Source: a virus
DNA: 64,000 nt
Strand: one strand, 5' to 3'
Virus record (IMG/VR): IMGVR_UViG_3300007351_000496
Below the pieces are notes generated by a model. That model had not been told where the DNA came from. It searched no databases and worked only from the letters and a program-made list of their open reading frames with translations. Position 1 is the first letter of the stretch. Every line of letters starts with the position of its first letter. The position numbers were made by a program, and so were the translations under genes. Shown one piece after another: positions 48,732-56,862 of the stretch.

Positions 48732-49523
48732 ATGGATCTAAATGAGCTTCGAGCGAGTTTGGGTGTTCTAACTCTTTCAGACCTAGAAACTGCGGGAATA
48801 ATCACTAAAGGTGAATCCGCTATGGATGGCGTAATAATACGCACAACCTCTAAAAAACATGACAGACTTCACAATGAAACAATGTTTTTAACATCTGTAA
48901 ATCGTGATGATGTTAATTTTATTATTCTTGTTAATGGTATGTTGAACTCAGCTAAGGCTGCTAAAGAAACAAACCGTCCAGCCGAGGTTGGACGTGTTTA
49001 CATCACCAAAGAGAAGGCATCTATGCTCCTTGATGCCATCAAACACGCATTTCCAGACGTAATCAGGGAAGAACTTAGTCGTCCAGTCGCAAATGACGCC
49101 TCTTTTTATGAATCAGATATTGAAGATGATCTTTTAGAGGATGATCTTTCAGATGAACTTATTTGTGACGACGATGACGATGATGATGATGTAATGGAAG
49201 ATGATTTCATTCACGATGCAGATTCATCTGATCACTGTACTTGCGATAAAACTGTATCCGCGGATGATCTGATCGACAGACATTTAAATGCGAAAAAATT
49301 CTTTGAGAAACTCTCTGGTAATTCTGATGTCAAATCTACATCGCTCTCTGATATAGATGGCCCCAATACTATGGCATATGTTGTCGAGTCTAAGGATGCC
49401 GAACCCAAACATGTGTATGTAGGTTATATGGATTTAGTAGATGATGACCCGATGTGGTCGATGATTAATAAAGAAACTGCAAAACTTCTTTTGAAATCGA
49501 TATCTGACCTTGCGAATTCTTAA
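48732..49523 (+). CDS. Acidic hypothetical protein
   Basis: 263 aa with a poly-Asp tract. Confidence 0.75.
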   Translation: MDLNELRASLGVLTLSDLETAGIITKGESAMDGVIIRTTSKKHDRLHNETMFLTSVNRDDVNFIILVNGMLNSAKAAKETNRPAEVGRVYITKEKASMLLDAIKHAFPDVIREELSRPVANDASFYESDIEDDLLEDDLSDELICDDDDDDDDVMEDDFIHDADSSDHCTCDKTVSADDLIDRHLNAKKFFEKLSGNSDVKSTSLSDIDGPNTMAYVVESKDAEPKHVYVGYMDLVDDDPMWSMINKETAKLLLKSISDLANS

Positions 49524-49532
49524 TCTACAGCC

Positions 49533-49560
49533 TTGACATTTCTATCTATTTTGCTAGTTT
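49533..49560 (+). promoter_or_regulatory. sigma70-like promoter
   Basis: TTGACA, 16 nt, TAGTTT just before 49567. Confidence 0.5.
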
Positions 49561-49566
49561 ATTTAA

Positions 49567-49851
49567 ATGAACGAAAAAATAGTTAGTTTTGAGCCGGCCC
49601 GTTTTTATTTTAAATTTGGTGATGACTTTCACGATTGTCTTAACCAACGAACAGTTCCCGAAGCGTTTTTAGAATTAGCGGATCGTCTGGAAAGTGGGGC
49701 TACAACTTATCGGAGAATTGCTGAGATATTGAAGAACTGCCCAAAGGTCGAAGGGCAGGGTGACACCCATGCGGTTTACATCGAATTACCAGAAAGTGTT
49801 GCTAAAACATTAGCTAAAGAAGATCTCGGAGACATAGCCACTTTTGAATAA
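49567..49851 (+). CDS. Hypothetical protein
   Basis: 94-aa ORF containing FKFGDDF and EGQGDTH. Confidence 0.7.
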   Translation: MNEKIVSFEPARFYFKFGDDFHDCLNQRTVPEAFLELADRLESGATTYRRIAEILKNCPKVEGQGDTHAVYIELPESVAKTLAKEDLGDIATFE

Positions 49852-51214
49852 TATAAAACATGATAACACAGATATAGAAAAACGTCTCGGCGCACGTTAT
49901 CAACAATTAGTTGAAGAGCTAAAACAAGAACTACCTAAGGCGTATGCTACAAAAACTGTTGATAAATTACTGGATGAGATGTCAACAAAATATGGTGTTG
50001 GTAAAACAACATTATCAATGAAAGTTGTTAAAAAATTAAATGAACAATTTAACCTACGACCACCAGCAAAAGTTAAAACTGTTAAAAAACAACGTTATTC
50101 AGAAGAGGAGTATCAAGTAATAATCACCGCTTATGAAAAGCTAAACATGGGGGTGGCAGAAATACTAGCGGCTAATTTATTAGGTGATCGAACTCCACCG
50201 CGAGCTACTATTATTGATATACTTAGACGAAAATCAACCCTCTACCAAGAGAAGAACGCATCTAAAACAAAAATTACTGAAGAACAGAAAAAGATTGTTT
50301 TGAATAAGTATTCTGAGGGTATACCAATCTTAGATATTGCAAATGACGAGAACTTAAGCAGAAAAACAGTAGAAGTAATCATCTCCCAAAGTGGTGTCGA
50401 TATAAGTCAGGGAAAAACTGAACAAGAAAAACTCGCTATTTATCACCATTATTATAACTTTGAAGGCAAAGATGCAACTGGAGCAACCTGCAAAGCATTT
50501 AATATTTCAGCCACCAGAGTAAGAGATATTGTTAGAGAAGTCGTATCTAATTATTCTGTTCCAGAAAGAGACAATTCTGACTCATATCGTAAATATACCC
50601 TAGATCAAACTTTTTTTGATGTTATTGATACTGAAGAAAAAGCATACATACTAGGACTTATAGCAACAGATGGCAATGTGAGTAATAACGTAGTCAGTAT
50701 TGAATTACAACGCTCCGACAAAGAAATATTAGAAAAAATTTCTATTATTGTGAAATCTAATAAACCAATAATGGATACTATACATTTCGACAAACGTAAT
50801 AATAAATTTCATCTGGGAGCAAAACTATCGCTTGTATCAACTAAAATGGTGTCGGCATTAGCCATCCTAGGGGTGGTTCCAAACAAGAGTTTGACTTTAT
50901 CAGTCAACCTATCATTACTCCCCTCGCAACTTCATAGACATTTTTGGAGAGGAGCCATAGATGGCGACGGGGCAATTTTTGTGCATGAAAACAATTTCAT
51001 TGTAGAATTGTACGGCAGCTTAGCAACGTGCGAATCTTACCAAGATTACTTATCTTCTCATGCAATTAATGTTAATGTAAATCCGCATCATTCGATTTGG
51101 GTCATTCGCACTAACTCAAGTAATTCTTTAAAAATCAGTAGGCATCTTTATGATTCATGTAACATTTTTCTTGAAAGAAAGTTTAAAGAAGTAAACAAAA
51201 ACAGCCAGCACTAG
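49844..51214 (+). CDS. Free-standing LAGLIDADG homing endonuclease with N-terminal HTH repeats
   Basis: FFDVIDTEEKAYILGLIATDGNV and FWRGAIDGDG motifs. Confidence 0.88.
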   Translation: MNNIKHDNTDIEKRLGARYQQLVEELKQELPKAYATKTVDKLLDEMSTKYGVGKTTLSMKVVKKLNEQFNLRPPAKVKTVKKQRYSEEEYQVIITAYEKLNMGVAEILAANLLGDRTPPRATIIDILRRKSTLYQEKNASKTKITEEQKKIVLNKYSEGIPILDIANDENLSRKTVEVIISQSGVDISQGKTEQEKLAIYHHYYNFEGKDATGATCKAFNISATRVRDIVREVVSNYSVPERDNSDSYRKYTLDQTFFDVIDTEEKAYILGLIATDGNVSNNVVSIELQRSDKEILEKISIIVKSNKPIMDTIHFDKRNNKFHLGAKLSLVSTKMVSALAILGVVPNKSLTLSVNLSLLPSQLHRHFWRGAIDGDGAIFVHENNFIVELYGSLATCESYQDYLSSHAINVNVNPHHSIWVIRTNSSNSLKISRHLYDSCNIFLERKFKEVNKNSQH

Positions 51215-51228
51215 GCTGGCTGTTTTTG
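51196..51228. terminator. Bidirectional intrinsic terminator
   Basis: 14-bp stem CAAAAACAGCCAGC/GCTGGCTGTTTTTG between the convergent endonuclease and capsid-like genes. Confidence 0.85.
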
Positions 51229-51259
51229 ACTTGCGAAGTATCGCACAGATTTGAGATAT

Positions 51260-51817
51260 CTAGTGTACCTCGCGTTTAAAGAATCCATCCAAGTAAACAC
51301 TCAGACCAACAGTGGCTGAAAGGGTCTGAGGAACCGGGAAGTTGATTTCACAACGGAAGTTCTGTTGTGGAATCAGATCGATTGGTTCAGCGAGGACATA
51401 AATTCCGCGCTGGTCAGGCTTACCGTTGTGGACTGAAACCACGTCGGTTGAGCCAGCAGCAACACCTTCAAGACCAACACCAGCGGTCAACATAAAGAGG
51501 TTGACTACGAGATAGTCTTTAGTTCCGATAAAGAGTCGGAACCAAGCGTTGTTGAAGATCAGGTTGAGGTCAGCAATCGACGTATCATATTCGTTGATCA
51601 ATCGAAGTGCGTGAATCTCAAAGTTCTTCGGATATGGAAGGCTTCCACCCTGATCCATATTGGTGTCAACTTGGGTCTTCGGAGTAGCACCACCCGGAGG
51701 TGTTCCACCCAGAGGAACCTGGAAGTAGTTCAACTGTCCAGTACCGCTAGTAGCGACGGTATTTCTGTCGTAAAGCGGTTGCTGAATTCTTTCTAGCAAA
51801 CCAGGAATACGAGGCAT
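51260..51817 (-). CDS. Putative major capsid protein (single jelly roll, inferred), copy 2
   Basis: 185 aa, beta-rich: QPLYD, YFQVPLG, TNM..G.LP.P..F, PQQNF, VYLDG; AAGGAG RBS, raised GC. Confidence 0.65.
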   Translation of the reverse strand: MPRIPGLLERIQQPLYDRNTVATSGTGQLNYFQVPLGGTPPGGATPKTQVDTNMDQGGSLPYPKNFEIHALRLINEYDTSIADLNLIFNNAWFRLFIGTKDYLVVNLFMLTAGVGLEGVAAGSTDVVSVHNGKPDQRGIYVLAEPIDLIPQQNFRCEINFPVPQTLSATVGLSVYLDGFFKREVH

Positions 51818-51885
51818 TTGTTATTCTCCTTTTTTATCTTACTAATGTAAGTTTGTTTTTTGTACTGCGTATATGCGCAATAGAT

Positions 51886-52455
51886 TTAGTGTACCTCGCG
51901 CTTAAAGAAGCCGTCGAGATAAACTGACAAGTCAACTGCTGTCGTCAGTGGAACACCGGCTGTGAATGGAACCGGGAAGTTGATTTCACAACGGAAGTTC
52001 TGTTGTGGAATCAGATCGATTGGTTCAGCGAGGACATAAATTCCGCGCTGGTCAGGACGACCGTTCTGCACTGAGATAACGTTGGTTGAACCGGCGGCTA
52101 CGCCGTCAAGACCAACGCCAGCTGTTAACATAAAGGAGTTAACAACCAAATAGTCCTTAGTGCCGATAAAGAGACGGAACCAAGAGCTATCAAAAATACG
52201 GTTAAGGTCAGAAACTGGAGCCCCGTATTCGTTGATTAGACGGATAGCATGGATCTCAAAGTTCTTCGGGTATGGAAGTGATCCACCCTGATCCATGTTC
52301 GTTTGTACCTGGGTCTTGGCCGTAGCCGCACCAGCAGCGGTTCCACCGAGCGGAACCTGGAAGTAATTCAATTGTCCAGTACCACTAGTTGCGACAGTAT
52401 TTCTGTCGTACAGCGGTTGCTGAATTCTTTCAAGCAGACCTGGAATACGAGGCAT
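51886..52455 (-). CDS. Putative major capsid protein (single jelly roll, inferred), copy 1
   Basis: About 86% identical to 51260-51817 by manual alignment. Confidence 0.65.
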   Translation of the reverse strand: MPRIPGLLERIQQPLYDRNTVATSGTGQLNYFQVPLGGTAAGAATAKTQVQTNMDQGGSLPYPKNFEIHAIRLINEYGAPVSDLNRIFDSSWFRLFIGTKDYLVVNSFMLTAGVGLDGVAAGSTNVISVQNGRPDQRGIYVLAEPIDLIPQQNFRCEINFPVPFTAGVPLTTAVDLSVYLDGFFKREVH

Positions 52456-52587
52456 TTTGCCACCTTCCTTGATTATGTGACCTTCATATACAAAAGTATT
52501 TGGACATTGAAGGTTTGTTGATTTCTCTCTAAGTAATCATACTAAAATTTAGTAATGTCCCGATTACTTAGGACTAAATTGTTTTAA

Positions 52588-53463
52588 CTAGTCTGAGTCA
52601 ATAATTGGCTCAAACAGTGTTCCTTCGTAACCACCGTAAGCACCGGCCGCATTCTTCATAACGTCGGCGACCTGTTGATCACGAGGGTTTGGAGTCTCTG
52701 GCACGAAACCAGCTAATCCGCGCTCACTCTCGAAAGATCCAAGACGCTGGGTGTTATAGATATCACCAAGTGGCTCATATCCGCTCAAGAATGGATTATC
52801 TTCTGGATCTAGCAAATCAGTAGCTGCTACAACTGGCTGTCCTAGCCCATTCATCCCAGGAGCAACGCCCTGTGTGAATTCATCGTAGTAAGACTGTCCT
52901 AGCCCTTCAAACTCTTTTTGCCATGAACCAAAGCCGGCGAGACCACGCTGACCGAGCCAAGCTTCGACTGGAGTCTGTGCGATCTTCCAGAAGCCGAGAG
53001 TCATTGCACCGACTGCACCAGGAACTGCGACCTGCCGCAAGAAACGGCCGACGCCACTTTCCGCACCGAGCATATCAGCCAAGGTTAGGGCAGCTGCACC
53101 ACCACCAACACCGCTTGCGATAGCGAGTACACCTTGTCCAAGACTTCCTTGTCCAACGCGCTCACCAAGCAGCTTTGATCCAACTGCGAGTACTGCACCA
53201 CCACTTACAGCGGCTACTGCAGCATTTAGTATGTTTCTTCCGCGCTCACCAGCGACCTCCTGAACAGCGACCTTTAGGTCGGGGTTCCGACGACGCCGAC
53301 GAAGAGCCATCGGGTTCTTACGATTTTTCTTTCTTTTCGCCATTTTTTCTTTTCCTTTCCCTTCTTCTAATGAATAAGGGTTAACTATTAGCAATTCAGG
53401 ATTGCGCCTTTTGCCCTTTTTCTTGTTTCTTGGTAACTCAGAAGGATTGACCATGTAGAACAT
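52588..53463 (-). CDS. Putative major virion membrane/scaffold protein
   Basis: Basic N-terminus with five NP motifs, Gly/Ala hydrophobic helices, acidic C-terminus with repeated GLG/LG motifs; directly upstream of the capsid-like pair. Confidence 0.7.
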   Translation of the reverse strand: MFYMVNPSELPRNKKKGKRRNPELLIVNPYSLEEGKGKEKMAKRKKNRKNPMALRRRRRNPDLKVAVQEVAGERGRNILNAAVAAVSGGAVLAVGSKLLGERVGQGSLGQGVLAIASGVGGGAAALTLADMLGAESGVGRFLRQVAVPGAVGAMTLGFWKIAQTPVEAWLGQRGLAGFGSWQKEFEGLGQSYYDEFTQGVAPGMNGLGQPVVAATDLLDPEDNPFLSGYEPLGDIYNTQRLGSFESERGLAGFVPETPNPRDQQVADVMKNAAGAYGGYEGTLFEPIIDSD

Positions 53464-53631
53464 GTATTACTCCAAATAAAAAAGAGCACTCAGTAGGCTT
53501 GTCCCACTTCATGCTCTGCATTTAACAGTTGCATTAGATTGTTTGTTCTAACCAAATTACAGGCTCTATTAACTAGTAACCTGTAACATCCAAATGTTAG
53601 TATATTTGTAATACGGTTGTCAATACTTTTT

Positions 53632-54021
53632 TTATATTTTTTTCCTAAATTTTGTGGTCTGATTGAATCCTTCTATTTTTGAATTCTTAATCAAAATAGT
53701 AACTTGTTGGAAAGGCTTTTCTCGTAAGAGTTTAATGATTTCAATTTCCTCTGGAGTAAGATTTGTTTTTGCTGCAACAAGTCCAAAGAAAACAAACCCG
53801 CCCCCCTTTTTTCGTCTAAATTTTAATGTTTGATTCACAGAAGTGATAACTGAATCTTGGATTTGAACAGAAATTTCTTGATATGCATTTCCACGTATCA
53901 AACTAATAATAGCGGTCTCCTCCTGAGTTAAATTCAGGGGTGGAGGTGTGACAGGCAGTCTAGATTGTTGTGCTATATTATCCAATGATTCCTCGTTCTG
54001 TAAAACTAAACTCTGCACCAT
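53632..54021 (-). CDS. Protein with two DUF2292-like repeats
   Basis: LT.EE..II.L.R...Q.....I..S.I...NQT.KFR occurs twice. Confidence 0.6.
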   Translation of the reverse strand: MVQSLVLQNEESLDNIAQQSRLPVTPPPLNLTQEETAIISLIRGNAYQEISVQIQDSVITSVNQTLKFRRKKGGGFVFFGLVAAKTNLTPEEIEIIKLLREKPFQQVTILIKNSKIEGFNQTTKFRKKI

Positions 54022-54586
54022 ACATAATTAAAAAATCTCTATTAGGGCTAACACAAACAATTGGTTTTTCTTTTGCGGGGGGCTCATCGTCCCCTCGATC
54101 TTTCGCCTCATGAATAAAAGGAACGCCTCGCCGTTCTGAGTATTCAGGAACAGAATAAACTATAAAATTTAAATGTCCAAAAAAGAACAATTTTTCTGCA
54201 GGTAAAGTATCGACAGCTTTTATCTGATCGTGTTCTGTACCATGGAATGCTTCGTGTAAATCAACGGCTTCTTTGACTACGTTATTACTTTCGTCTAATT
54301 CTACTGCCCCCACGACCTTATCCCCTGAAACAATCATCACATACTTACCATCTCCAGATGCTACAACTAACGGGCGTCGCTTGGATTTTATTAATCCATA
54401 AGAATCAACTTTACTTTCTAAAGGTGTTTCACACTCAAATTCAATGAGTTCACCAACTAATAAAACACTTTTCGGTAAGTCAGAAATTGAAAGACCACAG
54501 GCTATATCTTTTTTCTTACCAGTAAATCTAGCTTCACCAACAATTGATTTTGTTTGTGTTAGATTTCGACGATATCTGCGAATCAT
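53978..54586 (-). CDS. Hypothetical protein
   Basis: 202 aa, starts MIRRYRRN. Confidence 0.7.
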   Translation of the reverse strand: MIRRYRRNLTQTKSIVGEARFTGKKKDIACGLSISDLPKSVLLVGELIEFECETPLESKVDSYGLIKSKRRPLVVASGDGKYVMIVSGDKVVGAVELDESNNVVKEAVDLHEAFHGTEHDQIKAVDTLPAEKLFFFGHLNFIVYSVPEYSERRGVPFIHEAKDRGDDEPPAKEKPIVCVSPNRDFLIMYGAEFSFTERGIIG

Positions 54587-54780
54587 TAAAATATATTAAC
54601 AAATATTATTTACGAAGAAGCAAAAATAAGGCTCCCAACACTAAAAGCACCCACAAAATCTGTTTATTTGAAGTATCTCCAAGACCCTCCAGCGATGCAT
54701 ATTTAGCAGGTAATATCTGTGAAGGTTTAGCGACTAGCCCCATTCCAAAGTTTAAGTTATCTAAGTGGCCAAATTTCATT

Positions 54781-55143
54781 TTACCCCCTTAGCATTTTCA
54801 TTTTTTTACGCATTCCAGCTAACATTTTTCTTTGCTTTTGTTGTTGTGAATATAAAACGATAAAGGCCACTACCAATGCAATTGCCACGAGTAATAATAA
54901 TTTCATTTTATTACTCTCCATCCAAAAACCAAACCCACTTATCCCAGTATTTAAGGGTGTGGTGACCGGCGTAGAAGCTGCAACAGAGTTAGTATCCTTA
55001 GAAACATCAGATTTAATTTTTTGTTCTTCTTTTAACTTTTCTTCTAGCTTAGGCTCATATTTAGGCTCGGTAAAGTACGTATTTTGAGTTGTTCTGCTCC
55101 ACGCAGATTGCTTACCATACAGAGGTTCAAATATACCTGCCAT
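54781..55143 (-). CDS. Membrane protein, putative virion protein
   Basis: ISGFGFW, TM LLLLVAIALVVAFIVLY, basic tail. Confidence 0.75.
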   Translation of the reverse strand: MAGIFEPLYGKQSAWSRTTQNTYFTEPKYEPKLEEKLKEEQKIKSDVSKDTNSVAASTPVTTPLNTGISGFGFWMESNKMKLLLLVAIALVVAFIVLYSQQQKQRKMLAGMRKKMKMLRG

Positions 55144-56132
55144 TATTTCTTCTTACGCTTTGCCTTTAACATTGTTGCTTGTCGCTTCTTCCACCAACAA
55201 GCAAGACCGCCTAATGTTAATCCTACCAGACCAAGAGTTAAATAACTATGTTTGGAAACAAAATCCCATGTTCCCAATTGTCCAGTTTTTTCTAATTCGA
55301 GTTTTAGTTTGTCTCCAAGAGCCATATTCTCTTGCATTTTGACATCGTCTTTATCTCCCCGCCCAAGATTTGCCCCAACAGTTCCAACGACTTTATTTAA
55401 CATTGCATCGAAACCGCCTGTTTTGGGAATATTAGGATTTACCAACCAACCTAGGTTAGCTTCAATTTCTGCACGTTCAATGTCTAAGTATCTTAGATTC
55501 GTATTTTTGCGCTGTTTCAGCATAGCCATTGCGTGTTCATAGTATCCACGTTTAACAGCAGGAGGAGTATCGTTGGGAACCGCCTTAACAGCTTTTCTAA
55601 GCATTCTTATTAGATCAGTATCAGTCTTAGACATCGTCGCTTGGTGAAAAAAGGTGTGCCAACTTTCGAGAGGTGTCTCTCCCAACCCACCATAACCATC
55701 AAATTCATCAACATCATCAGAAATTTTATTTTCTCTTGCGATTTCTGAAGCTTGTTTCATAGAAAGAGCTTGTCCAAAGCCAGCAAATGCATCATCCTGC
55801 ATATCTCCAAGACCTTCATATCCAGTCATACCTTGAAGTCCGGCAGGAGTCCTTGTAGACTCCTTCTTAATCAAAGATCCGGCTTGAGAAAGTGTGAGGT
55901 TTCCGGAGTCATATTCTTGAAATCCAGCGTAATGCGCTGGATAAGCTTCGTAACCTGCTAAACCCTGCAACCCCGCCGGCAACTTATTTTGATTCTTTCG
56001 TGCTATGCGAGATGCGGAAGCGATATTCAAATCGCCTGCATTCATTCCGTTTTTACCGTTAACTGCAGCACCAAAGCCTTCGCCCACTTGGTACTCAGCA
56101 AAGCTGTTTGTGTCTGCACGTTTGTATGCCAT
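55143..56132 (-). CDS. Repeat-containing tail-anchored protein
   Basis: Three L...QA..I.R/K repeats, five [L/F]G motifs, TM and KKR tail. Confidence 0.75.
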   Translation of the reverse strand: MAYKRADTNSFAEYQVGEGFGAAVNGKNGMNAGDLNIASASRIARKNQNKLPAGLQGLAGYEAYPAHYAGFQEYDSGNLTLSQAGSLIKKESTRTPAGLQGMTGYEGLGDMQDDAFAGFGQALSMKQASEIARENKISDDVDEFDGYGGLGETPLESWHTFFHQATMSKTDTDLIRMLRKAVKAVPNDTPPAVKRGYYEHAMAMLKQRKNTNLRYLDIERAEIEANLGWLVNPNIPKTGGFDAMLNKVVGTVGANLGRGDKDDVKMQENMALGDKLKLELEKTGQLGTWDFVSKHSYLTLGLVGLTLGGLACWWKKRQATMLKAKRKKK

Positions 56133-56148
56133 GAAAATACTCCTTTCG

Positions 56149-56853
56149 CTATCTTAACAAAAAGTAGATACTTAATAACAGCAATAACCACACAATTGCA
56201 GGATATTGCTTAATTTCCATCTCTTCGGTTCCATCCATGTTAATGATCTTTTTAGTTGCATAACGCGGAGCCTCCCAACCAACTTTTGCCCCTGGAACAG
56301 AACCGTCTAAAGCAACCCATTTTTTATTCACAAGAGTTTGTATATAAATATGTGAATAATCTTCTTTATCCTGATAGTTGTTTCCGATAATAACTATTCG
56401 AACAGGATGTCCAATCGCCTGTAATAAGGCACCGGTCAAAATAACAAAATCATCACAATCTGCAGCTTTTTTATGCCGACGAAGTAAATCTCTGGCCCGA
56501 TGGACTGTTTCAACTCGATGAATATCCTTGGTATACCTTAATCTTCGAGTTACAAAATTGTAAATAGCGGCTACCTCACGTTCATAATCTTTCGGATTAA
56601 TGTATTGTGTTAATTTTTCTGCTAACGTTCTGATGACGATATCCTTTTTTCCTTCGTCAATTAGTCGCTTAATCACTTCCACCGATTCATAAGTTGCGCG
56701 GTTACTGTTAGAAAGCTTAACGTCATAAGTCTTAATATCTTCTTTGGGAAGAAATCCATCCAGCCATTTAGCAACACGAGCGTACTCTGCATCGTGGTCA
56801 TCAACATCTGGTGTTATATCTCCCTCGAACCGTGGTTGATAATTTTTAGCCAT
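56149..56853 (-). CDS. Transglutaminase-like (Cys-His-Asp) protein with C-terminal TM
   Basis: ADCDD (Cys), YSHIY (His), WVALDG (Asp); C-terminal IVWLLLLLSIYFLLR. Confidence 0.85.
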   Translation of the reverse strand: MAKNYQPRFEGDITPDVDDHDAEYARVAKWLDGFLPKEDIKTYDVKLSNSNRATYESVEVIKRLIDEGKKDIVIRTLAEKLTQYINPKDYEREVAAIYNFVTRRLRYTKDIHRVETVHRARDLLRRHKKAADCDDFVILTGALLQAIGHPVRIVIIGNNYQDKEDYSHIYIQTLVNKKWVALDGSVPGAKVGWEAPRYATKKIINMDGTEEMEIKQYPAIVWLLLLLSIYFLLR

Positions 56854-56862
56854 AATAAACCT

